Virus record (IMG/VR): IMGVR_UViG_3300020473_000035
Location: 1 to 55,099 of that record
Direction: 5' to 3' (one strand)
Origin: a virus
Taxonomy: Duplodnaviria; Caudoviricetes
DNA: 55,099 bases
This document shows, piece after piece, positions 7,613-15,504 of this stretch. A program made the translations under genes and the position numbers. Below the pieces are notes generated by a model. It did no database searches, was not told where the DNA came from, and saw nothing but the letters and a program-made list of their open reading frames with translations. Every line of letters begins with the position of its first letter. Positions within the stretch are counted from its first letter, which is position 1.

Positions 7613-7792
7613 GAGGTGGTGGGGAGTGCCGCTGTCCTCGTCGCGCCACATGACCAGCCGCGTTTTCACTGCCCGCTGTGGGGCGCGCTCACCTAAGCCC
7701 CCATTCCCGAAGGCCTTATTATCCTTACAGTGAGCAAGGGTTCATTCACGGCTTTGAACCCCGGTTTACATTAAAAATCTCCCCACCACCTC
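7613..7792 (-). ncRNA. putative structured ncRNA (~180 nt, unclassified)
   Basis: Perfect 14-bp closing inverted repeat (7613-7626/7779-7792), three internal stems, UUCG and GAAA tetraloops on minus strand, U-run after. Confidence 0.6.
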
Positions 7793-7835
7793 ATTACAGG
7801 CCACTTTATAGATCGCGCATAATACGCTTTCCTCC

Positions 7836-8645
7836 TTATTTCTTCTTCTTTGGGGTGCGAGCGCGCTTAAGCTGGCGCTCCTCGCAGATAAAGGTTTGCG
7901 CTCCACCGATGGGAAGGAGCTTATAGAGCTTGTTTCCGCGTGCTGCGCTGGTGGGCACTGCGATATTGGTGGCGATCACCATCGCGAGATTGTCTTTGTT
8001 AGGGCAGCTTTGAGATTGTGCGTAGGTCGCACCAGCACCAAGGGCCACCATGCTCCCCACTGCATATTTCGGCTCGGCAAACCACCCAGCGTAGATCTTA
8101 CGGATGAACTTGTTATCAGTCACGCGGTTGTACTCGTCCATAGTGGGAACCATGGAAGTATCAGCGAAATAAGCGGCCACCTGTTTGCCGTAATACCCGC
8201 TGCTGCGGTAGTATGACATGGCAATAGCATAGCGCTCTGCTTTCTCGTCATTCCACGCGGCATACCACTGATCGCGGGCGTCCATAGCTTCATCGCTGTA
8301 TTTCCCCTGGATCTTCTCCAGAATCTCCTTCTGACGCTCGGAAAGGTTGCGGCCGCCCAAAAGCTGGGTTCGGATGCTGCTAACAAAGCGGTCATCCCAT
8401 GAGCCGTTGTCCACAGCGGACACGCGCCCCTTGAGCACGTTGATCTCGTCCAGACCCTCGGCAGGTTCGGGGCGCGTAGCATAGCGCTCTTCCATCTGGA
8501 CGAAGCAGCGACGGCGGCCAGCGGTCAGTGAACCCTTGCGCTTGTAGTGGCTGTAAAGGCTCTCCGCAAAGCTGCGATCCCGGTCGGAAACGTAGTCTTT
8601 CGCGAGAAGGGCAGCGAAGCGGTCATGGTAGGTAGTGCGGGGCAT
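7836..8645 (-). CDS. hypothetical protein, two helical repeats plus C-terminal SH3-like domain
   Basis: DRSFAESL..SLTAGR / DDRFVSSI..NLSERQ repeat; YAVGSMV C-terminal domain; AGGAG RBS. Confidence 0.8.
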   Translation of the reverse strand: MPRTTYHDRFAALLAKDYVSDRDRSFAESLYSHYKRKGSLTAGRRRCFVQMEERYATRPEPAEGLDEINVLKGRVSAVDNGSWDDRFVSSIRTQLLGGRNLSERQKEILEKIQGKYSDEAMDARDQWYAAWNDEKAERYAIAMSYYRSSGYYGKQVAAYFADTSMVPTMDEYNRVTDNKFIRKIYAGWFAEPKYAVGSMVALGAGATYAQSQSCPNKDNLAMVIATNIAVPTSAARGNKLYKLLPIGGAQTFICEERQLKRARTPKKKK

Positions 8646-8671
8646 GTGGCTCCTTTGATGATTACTCTGTA

Positions 8672-8725
8672 AGTATACAGGACGCGGAAGAAAAGATCAA
8701 GCCTTTTCTGTCAAGAGAATGTCAA
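8672..8725 (-). promoter_or_regulatory. triple-TTGAC early promoter element F
   Basis: TTGACA-N5-TTGACA-N8-TTGATC-N17-TATACT. Confidence 0.8.
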
Positions 8726-8901
8726 GAACCCTCTTCGAGAGCTTTAACGGCGGGCAAAGTCTCCTTTAGGGCGGTGAGAATCTCATCACACTCCTTCAGA
8801 AAGGGATCCATGCCTTGACCGGTAGCACTGTGCTGGACCGTCGCACGGTAGTGCTGGAGCGCGGACCAAAGAATGGAGCGCTGGCGTTCAGAAAGTTCCA
8901 T
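8722..8901 (-). CDS. hypothetical protein
   Basis: MELSERQ start after AAGGAG. Confidence 0.7.
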   Translation of the reverse strand: MELSERQRSILWSALQHYRATVQHSATGQGMDPFLKECDEILTALKETLPAVKALEEGS

Positions 8902-8928
8902 GTTGTAGTTCTCCTTGAGCATGTATAC

Positions 8929-8983
8929 ATTATCCGATCTTTTCGAGGTAAAGTCAACAGAAAAGTTGTCAAGAGAGTGTCAA
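8929..8983 (-). promoter_or_regulatory. triple-TTGAC early promoter element G
   Basis: TTGACA-N5-TTGACA-N9-TTGACT-N17-GATAAT. Confidence 0.8.
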
Positions 8984-9285
8984 GAACCCCTGACAAGCTC
9001 GTTAAGCCCCCTTGCAAGCTCAATATCGGCTTGCACTTCTGGCTCGGTAAGCCACTCGATAGCACCCTCCGTGATCCCCCAAACGTCCAGCCAAGCGCCG
9101 CCAGGGGTCTGGAAGCGCTCGATAAGCCCCTCCAAAACCAGAATGTCGAGGGTCTGACGAGTCAGATCGTCAGGCTCATCTTCTGGCGCATAGATGTGAT
9201 CGGGGGTGTCGAGGATGCCGGTGAACATGTGGACTTCGCAGGGCGCAAGCTCACAACCGCCGATGTTGAAAAGTGTTTGACTCAT
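8980..9285 (-). CDS. acidic hypothetical protein
   Basis: 101-aa ORF, GGAG RBS. Confidence 0.7.
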   Translation of the reverse strand: MSQTLFNIGGCELAPCEVHMFTGILDTPDHIYAPEDEPDDLTRQTLDILVLEGLIERFQTPGGAWLDVWGITEGAIEWLTEPEVQADIELARGLNELVRGS

Positions 9286-9326
9286 AAGGTTTATTTGCTC
9301 CGTGGTTGAATGAAAAGGTTTGTTTT

Positions 9327-10187
9327 CTACTTCTTCAGGCTCTTGAAGTGCTCGATAATAGCGGGGGATTCTCCATTTTCCCAGCCAGCGGGGGGTCGGA
9401 TGCAGTCAGCGGGGACGCCGCCAAGAAGCTCCACCTGAACATAAGTACCGTCGCTCTGGGTATCCCAGCGACCGATGCGCTGACCTTGGCGTCCCCATCC
9501 AGCCGCTGGACTAAACCGGCGGCGATATTCGCCATCGCCGTCATCCACCCAATGATGTGGAAGTTCGCACACTGAATAACCATTGGTGGTGCCCATTTCG
9601 CTCATGCGCTGGGTGAGGATAATATCGTCATGTGAGTTACAATATGCGATCTGATCCCACTTGACTTTTCTGACGATGGCCGGGCACAATCGACGATCCC
9701 AATGCTCTTCGCCGTTCTCGTCGGTGAAATACCCAGAGGTGCGGATGTTGAGCAGAGCGCCAACGCCGATCCTATTGGCGCGAAGGTTCTCCAGCACGCC
9801 AGCCCGATAAACCTTGTTCGCCTCGATCATGGCGGCCATATCTGTTTTAAGCTCCTGGCACGTGCGGCGAGTATGGCCCAACCCCTCATCAGACCAAGCA
9901 CCGTGCTTGTGCTTGCAGTATGAGCACTTGCGGGTAGGTCCGCGCTTGGTGATCTTCTGCTTTGTAAGCGGATTTGTGCCTGTGCGCTTGCCGATCTTTG
10001 CTGCCAGCGCTTCGATGCGGCGGCTATGATATTCGGCTTCTCCGCCGCTTGCGCGGAGTCTGTCGCGCTCGGCCACGTGGCGCTCGAACTCGCTAACCAA
10101 GTGTTTTGTATATGTCGGGCATGAACGCTTATTATGCCCTCGCTGATAGCACACGCTGCATCTAACTGATCCGTTGTAGTTTCCCAC
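9327..10187 (-). CDS. double CCHC zinc-knuckle protein
   Basis: CSVCYQRGHNKRSC and CSYC...GHTRRTC. Confidence 0.75.
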   Translation of the reverse strand: MGNYNGSVRCSVCYQRGHNKRSCPTYTKHLVSEFERHVAERDRLRASGGEAEYHSRRIEALAAKIGKRTGTNPLTKQKITKRGPTRKCSYCKHKHGAWSDEGLGHTRRTCQELKTDMAAMIEANKVYRAGVLENLRANRIGVGALLNIRTSGYFTDENGEEHWDRRLCPAIVRKVKWDQIAYCNSHDDIILTQRMSEMGTTNGYSVCELPHHWVDDGDGEYRRRFSPAAGWGRQGQRIGRWDTQSDGTYVQVELLGGVPADCIRPPAGWENGESPAIIEHFKSLKK

Positions 10188-10235
10188 GATTTAGCTCCCG
10201 GTTGGAGTGAAAGGTTTTTCTCGACTTGATGACCT

Positions 10236-10289
10236 ATTATCTCATAGGCGGAAGAAAAGATCAAGCCTTTTCTGTCAAGAGAATGTCAA
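10236..10289 (-). promoter_or_regulatory. triple-TTGAC early promoter element H
   Basis: TTGACA-N5-TTGACA-N8-TTGATC-N17-GATAAT; 43 bp identical to copy F. Confidence 0.8.
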
Positions 10290-10579
10290 GCCTCATCAAG
10301 CCCGTCCCAGTGGGCATCTACGAAGCGCTTGGTATTCCGCAGTGCGGAAAGCTCTGGATCCTCGCCGTTTATTTTGGCGCTGGCCACCTGTGCCTCACAC
10401 TCACGTGCAAAGGCGCGGATAAACTTGATCAGTGCGATCTTGCCAAATGCCGCTTTCTTGCCTGTGATCTGACCGCCATAGGGCGGGCGCACGTGCCTCT
10501 TGTGAAGCATCAGCGCGATCTTATAGGCATCATCCAACCCTTTGGTGTCGTCGGTGTCGAGCACAATCGTCATTTTCAT
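10286..10579 (-). CDS. hypothetical protein
   Basis: MKMTIVLD start after GGAGG; KIALIKFIR...LRNTKRFVD weakly reminiscent of L7/L12 C-terminal motif. Confidence 0.7.
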   Translation of the reverse strand: MKMTIVLDTDDTKGLDDAYKIALMLHKRHVRPPYGGQITGKKAAFGKIALIKFIRAFARECEAQVASAKINGEDPELSALRNTKRFVDAHWDGLDEA

Positions 10580-10755
10580 ATTACTACCTCCAGTTCCGTC
10601 CATGGATGGAGCGTGTCTTTCCCAGACGCATCCACTGGACCATTGACGAGCTTGTACCAAGTATTGTCATGATCCTCGGCCACCAGAAAGATGCCCGGTG
10701 TGTTAGGATCCTTGAATCTGACGAGATCGCCCACCTTAATAAATCGCGTCTTCAT
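10576..10755 (-). CDS. MKVGDLV-family small protein (not in ORF track)
   Basis: Hand-translated MKTRFIKVGDLVRFKD...ELEVVI. Confidence 0.75.
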   Translation of the reverse strand: MKTRFIKVGDLVRFKDPNTPGIFLVAEDHDNTWYKLVNGPVDASGKDTLHPWTELEVVI

Positions 10756-10907
10756 GATACCACCTCTATGCCCTCGTAGTGGATGTTATAGCCGCATGCT
10801 GGGCGGCCACTGGCGAACCAGCACACCAGAAAAGAGAGCTTGTGAAGCTCAACGACAACGCCCATCTCGCCGGTACTCTTCCAACGAACCAGATCACCGA
10901 CTTTCAT
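10752..10907 (-). CDS. MKVGDLV-family small protein (not in ORF track)
   Basis: MKVGDLVRWKSTGEMGVVVE...IEVVS. Confidence 0.75.
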   Translation of the reverse strand: MKVGDLVRWKSTGEMGVVVELHKLSFLVCWFASGRPACGYNIHYEGIEVVS

Positions 10908-11074
10908 TGACTCACAACCTCAAGATCACAGGGGGAAGCAATAGTCCTATGTTCAACGTCCAAGCGCTTGACCACATAATCAAGCCCAAGAGGGCAGCTA
11001 TGAAGCCCAACGATCAAGGCGAGTTTCCACCCTTCATATTTGGTTTTAACCTTCACGAGATCGCCGACTTTCAT
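10904..11074 (-). CDS. MKVGDLV-family small protein (not in ORF track)
   Basis: MKVGDLVKVKTK...LEVVSQ. Confidence 0.75.
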   Translation of the reverse strand: MKVGDLVKVKTKYEGWKLALIVGLHSCPLGLDYVVKRLDVEHRTIASPCDLEVVSQ

Positions 11075-11214
11075 AACCTAACCTTCTTCCGGCACAAAGT
11101 TTTGTTTGCTTGCTTCTTGCGATCTGGGTGTCGCCCTCCACCACTGCGATTTCTCGCAAAGGCTTGGACTGCCAACCAGTTGCGCGTTTTCGGGGCTTTA
11201 ACCTTCTTTTTCAT
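11071..11214 (-). CDS. 47-aa highly basic peptide
   Basis: MKKKVKAPKTRNWLAV...GGGRHPDRKK; ATGA-coupled on both sides. Confidence 0.65.
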   Translation of the reverse strand: MKKKVKAPKTRNWLAVQAFARNRSGGGRHPDRKKQANKTLCRKKVRL

Positions 11215-11309
11215 AGCACTGGCTCCATTAGGTAGACGAACCACCAACCAAAATACATCATTCCGCCAAGCATGGCGACAGCCAAAAAGTCTTCAAGTTG
11301 CTCTTTCAT
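11211..11309 (-). CDS. 32-aa membrane micropeptide
   Basis: MKEQLEDFLAVAMLGGMMYFGWWFVYLMEPVL; GGAG RBS. Confidence 0.55.
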   Translation of the reverse strand: MKEQLEDFLAVAMLGGMMYFGWWFVYLMEPVL

Positions 11310-11315
11310 ACTGGT

Positions 11316-11675
11316 TTATTCTCCCTTCAACATCTTGATGCGGCGGACTTGCGCCAGTGATCCCGTTCTAATCTCGAACTCGCCAAAAGCCTCGGCAGCA
11401 CGCGCACGTTGGCGGGCGCGGAGCTTCATCAGTTCACGGGCTTCTACGCCCGCATTGAACATTTCATCCTCACAACTCACCGGGGAATCTCCCCAGCCAT
11501 CGTGATGGCCGGAACTTTCCGCGAGCAGATCATCGCGAAGCTCGTTGAACTCGTTGATCTCGTCGGCTTGTTCCGCAGTCGGAAGACAGCCGCTCATCAA
11601 CGAATGGGTGTGGGTGTCAAGCGCGGTCATGATCATCTCAAGCTCGCGAGGGGTGAAGGTAATAGTGCGGTTCAT
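11316..11675 (-). CDS. hypothetical protein
   Basis: MNRTITFTPRE start after GAGG; N-terminus resembles 8722-8901. Confidence 0.75.
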   Translation of the reverse strand: MNRTITFTPRELEMIMTALDTHTHSLMSGCLPTAEQADEINEFNELRDDLLAESSGHHDGWGDSPVSCEDEMFNAGVEARELMKLRARQRARAAEAFGEFEIRTGSLAQVRRIKMLKGE

Positions 11676-11701
11676 GTGGTCCTCTCTCAAAGTGTGAACC
11701 T

Positions 11702-11755
11702 ATTATCTCATAGGCGAAGGGGGAAGTCAAGGTTTATTTGTCAAGCAAATGTCAA
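11702..11755 (-). promoter_or_regulatory. triple-TTGAC early promoter element I
   Basis: TTGACA-N5-TTGACA-N8-TTGACT-N17-GATAAT. Confidence 0.8.
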
Positions 11756-11934
11756 AGGATCTGGAGATCTTTAGGAAGGAAGGGGCGAGGGTGATTATTG
11801 CTGACCTTCACGTTGCTCATGAAGTATACGTGGCAAATGTTGCCCCACAAGCCAGTTTTTACGATCAGCCCGATAGTTCCCTTTGGAATACCGATACTGG
11901 CGCGTGTAATCTTTACCAAGTCACCGACTTTCAT
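11752..11934 (-). CDS. MKVGDLV-family small protein
   Basis: MKVGDLVKI...GLIV. Confidence 0.8.
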   Translation of the reverse strand: MKVGDLVKITRASIGIPKGTIGLIVKTGLWGNICHVYFMSNVKVSNNHPRPFLPKDLQIL

Positions 11935-12124
11935 TGACTGCCTCCAGATATTTCCAACTGATTTGCCGAACGGGCCACTTAGTAACTCCATTCCACAATA
12001 CCTCGGCAGAGTTATATGCGGGATGGATACCCTCTTTCATCTCATGAAAGAAGATCCTCAACACAACGCCCATACCAAGCCTATCACCGGAACCCGTGTA
12101 TCTCACCAGATCACCGACTTGCAT
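11921..12124 (-). CDS. MKVGDLV-family small protein
   Basis: MQVGDLVRY...GVVL...LEAVNESR. Confidence 0.8.
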   Translation of the reverse strand: MQVGDLVRYTGSGDRLGMGVVLRIFFHEMKEGIHPAYNSAEVLWNGVTKWPVRQISWKYLEAVNESR

Positions 12125-12296
12125 TGATTGTCTCCAATGAATCTATGCGAAAGAAGCGCACGGGCATGCCTTTATAGGTCACGCGCGCATGCTCACCGTC
12201 GAGACAAATGGCAGTTACCAACATCGGTACACCGATAAGAGAGCCTTGGTAGCCACGCGCGATTTTTCGAGGAGTGACCAAATCACCGACTTGCAT
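12111..12296 (-). CDS. MKVGDLV-family small protein
   Basis: MQVGDLVT...LETINASR. Confidence 0.8.
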   Translation of the reverse strand: MQVGDLVTPRKIARGYQGSLIGVPMLVTAICLDGEHARVTYKGMPVRFFRIDSLETINASR

Positions 12297-12635
12297 TTAA
12301 GCCTCCAGCATAACCCTGTTAATATCTACCGTATAGCCATCATAGTTATCCCATGTACACATATTCCACTTTGAAAAAATCTTCCAAAGCTGGCTTGATT
12401 CCATGGTTTTTAAGACGCCCACATCCCAGATTTTTGTAACCTCTTCGTCAGTAGGGCGATTGTCCATATTTCCGCCCCACTTGTCTCGCATTGTGATCCG
12501 CGCCTGTACCTCGTCGTCAACGCCCAAAAAGCAGAATACGTCCGCCAAAGCGCGGAGCAAAGCGCCCTTCTCGGTTAGATGAGTAGAACACGTTAGCTCC
12601 CCGCTGTAGTAAACCTGTGTAACCCAAAGTCTCAC
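12297..12635 (-). CDS. hypothetical protein
   Basis: GTG start overlapping upstream stop, GAGG RBS. Confidence 0.7.
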   Translation of the reverse strand: MRLWVTQVYYSGELTCSTHLTEKGALLRALADVFCFLGVDDEVQARITMRDKWGGNMDNRPTDEEVTKIWDVGVLKTMESSQLWKIFSKWNMCTWDNYDGYTVDINRVMLEA

Positions 12636-12976
12636 GCTGTTGCCCTCTTGGCTTTGCTGTCTGCAAGCATCTTTTCGACCCATGCGCCATCGAACTCGGC
12701 GGCGTATTGGTTCCGCAACACCAGCAGGCTTTCGCCATCCTTGACCTCATTCCGCAGCTTGTAGCCAGGGATCAAGAACTCGGTGCCAGCAGGTGCGCCA
12801 AGAAAAACCTCGCAGATCGCGTAAGGGACGGACTTCCACTTGAAGCGGTTCTCGCCCGTCTTCTTGTCCTTCCAGCTACGCCGAAAACGGCGGAACTGCA
12901 TGTCAACCACGCGAGCCTGGATCATTGTGTCGCTTGTGCGGATCATTACGATGTCGTTTTTGTGAAGATATGCCAT
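12632..12976 (-). CDS. hypothetical basic beta-barrel-like protein
   Basis: 114-aa ORF, AGGAGG RBS, follows promoter J. Confidence 0.8.
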   Translation of the reverse strand: MAYLHKNDIVMIRTSDTMIQARVVDMQFRRFRRSWKDKKTGENRFKWKSVPYAICEVFLGAPAGTEFLIPGYKLRNEVKDGESLLVLRNQYAAEFDGAWVEKMLADSKAKRATA

Positions 12977-13007
12977 GTGCTAAAGCCCTCCTTGACTTTG
13001 TGATACT

Positions 13008-13062
13008 ATTATACGATCTGCGAGCAAGAAAGTCAATCACTTTCTTGTCAAGCAAATGTCAA
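13008..13062 (-). promoter_or_regulatory. triple-TTGAC early promoter element J
   Basis: TTGACA-N5-TTGACA-N9-TTGACT-N17-TATAAT. Confidence 0.85.
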
Positions 13063-13065
13063 CCC

Positions 13066-13440
13066 TCAAAAATCTACGTGGATGCTGGTGTATGGATAGA
13101 TGTTCGCGAAGCCGTAGCCGCGACACTCGATGTCATCCGAGTTTTCACCCGTGCGAACGAAGCGATAAAGCTCAACCGGATCGATTTCTTCACCATCGAT
13201 CTCGATCATGTCGCTGTTATCCAGGCGATCCATAAAGTCCACCAGCGCGCTAACTTCTGCATAGGACTCGTACCACTTGATTTGCGACCATGAGAACAGG
13301 ATCGCATCGTCGCGTTCTTTGCGCTCGTCAACATGCTCATGACACAACGCATGCGCCGATGGGCAGCTTGTGAACGCATGCATCAGCATGCCCTCGATGC
13401 GCTTGTCTACTACCAAAACCACTTCTGAACGATAACCCAC
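13066..13440 (-). CDS. hypothetical phage protein
   Basis: MGYRSEV...KWY...RFVRTGE; GGGAGAG RBS. Confidence 0.8.
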   Translation of the reverse strand: MGYRSEVVLVVDKRIEGMLMHAFTSCPSAHALCHEHVDERKERDDAILFSWSQIKWYESYAEVSALVDFMDRLDNSDMIEIDGEEIDPVELYRFVRTGENSDDIECRGYGFANIYPYTSIHVDF

Positions 13441-13472
13441 TGGCTCTCTCCCTTCTTTTGAGCTTGTGATAC

Positions 13473-13527
13473 ATTATACGATCTATTTCAGGAAAAGTCA
13501 ACCATCAAGTTGTCAAGGAAGTGTCAA
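13473..13527 (-). promoter_or_regulatory. triple-TTGAC early promoter element K
   Basis: TTGACA-N5-TTGACA-N9-TTGACT-N17-TATAAT. Confidence 0.85.
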
Positions 13528-13753
13528 CTGATGATTCCACAAGTTTAATCTCGGATGTGCTGATTTTGTAGAAGCGCCCCATCTGTCCGAGATACACCAG
13601 ATCAACAGCGCCGCCATAGGTTCCAGCGAGATGCCCCATTCCATGGGCAATCATCTCCTCATCTTCTGGTCCGAGAAATCGCGTGGTGTACTCGTCGCGC
13701 ATGACGGTCGCAAGCCCTCCTCGATATTCAACTAAATCGCCTTTCTTATACAT
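13505..13753 (-). CDS. MKVGDLV-related small protein
   Basis: MYKKGDLVEY; GAGGAG RBS. Confidence 0.75.
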   Translation of the reverse strand: MYKKGDLVEYRGGLATVMRDEYTTRFLGPEDEEMIAHGMGHLAGTYGGAVDLVYLGQMGRFYKISTSEIKLVESSVDTSLTT

Positions 13754-13991
13754 CTTTCTTCTCCTCTGATGGCGGACTGGAAAGGATCTCAAACCTTTTC
13801 ATTCCAAAGTGTGATCGCGAAGTGGAGCGCCCGCAATGCACGGGGTACGGCTCGAACCACTCCACAGCAACATGCATCTCACCCGTGGTTTGGTGCCTGC
13901 TGTGCTTGGCTACGTAGCCAACGTGACCAATGAAAGACTGGTATAGCTCACCTTCTTCCAAGCCGACATATTTGATTACTGATCCAAGCAT
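13746..13991 (-). CDS. SH3-like small protein, possibly leaderless
   Basis: MLGSVIKY...GHVGYV; ATG 7 nt after -10 of promoter L. Confidence 0.7.
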   Translation of the reverse strand: MLGSVIKYVGLEEGELYQSFIGHVGYVAKHSRHQTTGEMHVAVEWFEPYPVHCGRSTSRSHFGMKRFEILSSPPSEEKKDV

Positions 13992-13997
13992 GATAGT

Positions 13998-14051
13998 AGT
14001 ATACTCCAGATAAATAGAAAAGTCAATGGTTTCTCGTGAAGAGAATGTTAA
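13998..14051 (-). promoter_or_regulatory. triple-box early promoter element L (degenerate)
   Basis: TTAACA-N5-TTCACG-N8-TTGACT-N17-TATACT. Confidence 0.7.
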
Positions 14052-14239
14052 GAGGAAGATATGATGTTGCGGATCTGCGAGCGACTGACAAGTCCAAAGG
14101 TTTGTTTGCCGTCGTTAATGGTGAAAAGCACATCACCTGCGCGTTGAACAGTGCCGATAATGATCCCCCGCCTCATGGTTGTGAAGGTTCGTCCTGATGG
14201 ATGGTAAGTCTCGAAGGAAACATAATCACCGACTTTCAT
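14048..14239 (-). CDS. MKVGDLV-family small protein
   Basis: MKVGDYVSF...GIII. Confidence 0.8.
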   Translation of the reverse strand: MKVGDYVSFETYHPSGRTFTTMRRGIIIGTVQRAGDVLFTINDGKQTFGLVSRSQIRNIISSS

Positions 14240-14477
14240 TTTGGTTTGCCCCTTTGACCCTGATCTTTATGTAGTCTTCCACGCTCAAGTAATAATAGGA
14301 AGCATCTTCGATGATCCCCTCGGTCGGATGAGCAACTTTTAAGACGGGATAATCCACATCAGCCCAGCCCATGCTGGCATCGTCGGGTTTGCCGAAATAC
14401 GGACCTTCGTAAATGTCAAGGATGGTACACCATCCCGTGGGCATTCTGTCCTGCCAAACTAAATCGCCAATGTTCAT
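14226..14477 (-). CDS. MKVGDLV-family small protein
   Basis: MNIGDLVWQ...NESR. Confidence 0.75.
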   Translation of the reverse strand: MNIGDLVWQDRMPTGWCTILDIYEGPYFGKPDDASMGWADVDYPVLKVAHPTEGIIEDASYYYLSVEDYIKIRVKGANQNESR

Positions 14478-14656
14478 TTCATCACCTCGCATTGCCAGGA
14501 TACCCAGCCGACTTCTTTGCCGCCGCAAAGCACGATAATGTCGCTCCATTGAGAGGACGTTTTGTGTCCGTTCTTTGGCATGTGCCTAATAAGTAGTCCA
14601 ACATGAGCAGTGTCATTGATGTAATCGTAAAATCTAATCAGATCACCGGGTCTCAT
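14474..14656 (-). CDS. MKVGDLV-family small protein
   Basis: MRPGDLIRF...GLLI...CEVMK. Confidence 0.75.
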   Translation of the reverse strand: MRPGDLIRFYDYINDTAHVGLLIRHMPKNGHKTSSQWSDIIVLCGGKEVGWVSWQCEVMK

Positions 14657-14879
14657 TGCTTTCCTCCTCAACTATAGTAAGATAATGAACCAGCAAACCT
14701 TGCGCCAGTTCGCCCGACTTTGCAAACCAAACATTGCACTGGTAGTTATCAGCGCTGATAATAGGTTGTCCAGTTGCACAGTGATGATCATCTATATGTA
14801 CCACAATCCCCAGCCCATGGGTGTCGTTGATAGTTGTGCCATAACGATCATTCCATCTAACTAAATCTCCCACCTTCAT
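14643..14879 (-). CDS. MKVGDLV-family small protein
   Basis: MKVGDLVRW...GIVV...NETR. Confidence 0.8.
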   Translation of the reverse strand: MKVGDLVRWNDRYGTTINDTHGLGIVVHIDDHHCATGQPIISADNYQCNVWFAKSGELAQGLLVHYLTIVEEESNETR

Positions 14880-15037
14880 GCCACCACCTCAAAGCAATCT
14901 GGATCAGACCACATCTTATAGCCAGTTCGCATGCACAACACAAGCATATCTGGACCTTTAAGCTGCAATACGATCCACAGTATGCTCATATCAAGGGCAT
15001 ACTCCATCTTCATTTTGACGAGGTTGCCAACTTTCAT
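14876..15037 (-). CDS. MKVGDLV-family small protein (not in ORF track)
   Basis: MKVGNLVKM...FEVVA; AAGGAG RBS. Confidence 0.75.
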   Translation of the reverse strand: MKVGNLVKMKMEYALDMSILWIVLQLKGPDMLVLCMRTGYKMWSDPDCFEVVA

Positions 15038-15060
15038 ATGTATCTCTCCTTAGTCATAAT

Positions 15061-15115
15061 AATATATCAGATGAGGACCAGAAAGTCCACCTCTTTCTTG
15101 TCAAGAGATTGTCAT
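15061..15115 (-). promoter_or_regulatory. triple-box early promoter element M (degenerate)
   Basis: ATGACA-N5-TTGACA-N9-TGGACT-N17-TATATT. Confidence 0.65.
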
Positions 15116-15504
15116 GGAAAATATGAGTCGTTGACCGGTGTATATGGGCAAGGGCATGCCTCGGCTTTAAGGTCGAGGGCAAAGGCTTCGAGATCCCAAC
15201 ATTCATCCTTGTTAATCGAATGGTAAACATCAAGCTCAAAGTCCTCCACGATATACAAGTTGGGAGGCTCATAAGTCCAAGACCACTCCTCATCAGTCAT
15301 CCATAGATCACTTTCTTTGTAGGTATAAACGGTCTGCACACATGACTCACCTCCACAATCGACAAGCCTGAAGCATTTATCGGTCATGTATTTATCAAGT
15401 AAAAGGTTTGTTCCGGCAAACTCTTCTGTACTTGTGCCTGGATTGCAATCACGTGTGCTGCACCCAACCAAAGCCACGAAAGACAAGAGATAAAGTAAGT
15501 TCAT
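15112..15504 (-). CDS. putative lipoprotein, Cys-rich
   Basis: Signal peptide with lipobox LVGC. Confidence 0.7.
   Translation of the reverse strand: MNLLYLLSFVALVGCSTRDCNPGTSTEEFAGTNLLLDKYMTDKCFRLVDCGGESCVQTVYTYKESDLWMTDEEWSWTYEPPNLYIVEDFELDVYHSINKDECWDLEAFALDLKAEACPCPYTPVNDSYFP

Noticed and set aside
7613-7792. Retron msr-msd, MITE or RNase P RNA
   Set aside because: No reverse transcriptase or transposase in the window, no target-site duplication, single copy; upstream GAGGAAAG lacks the rest of RNase P P4
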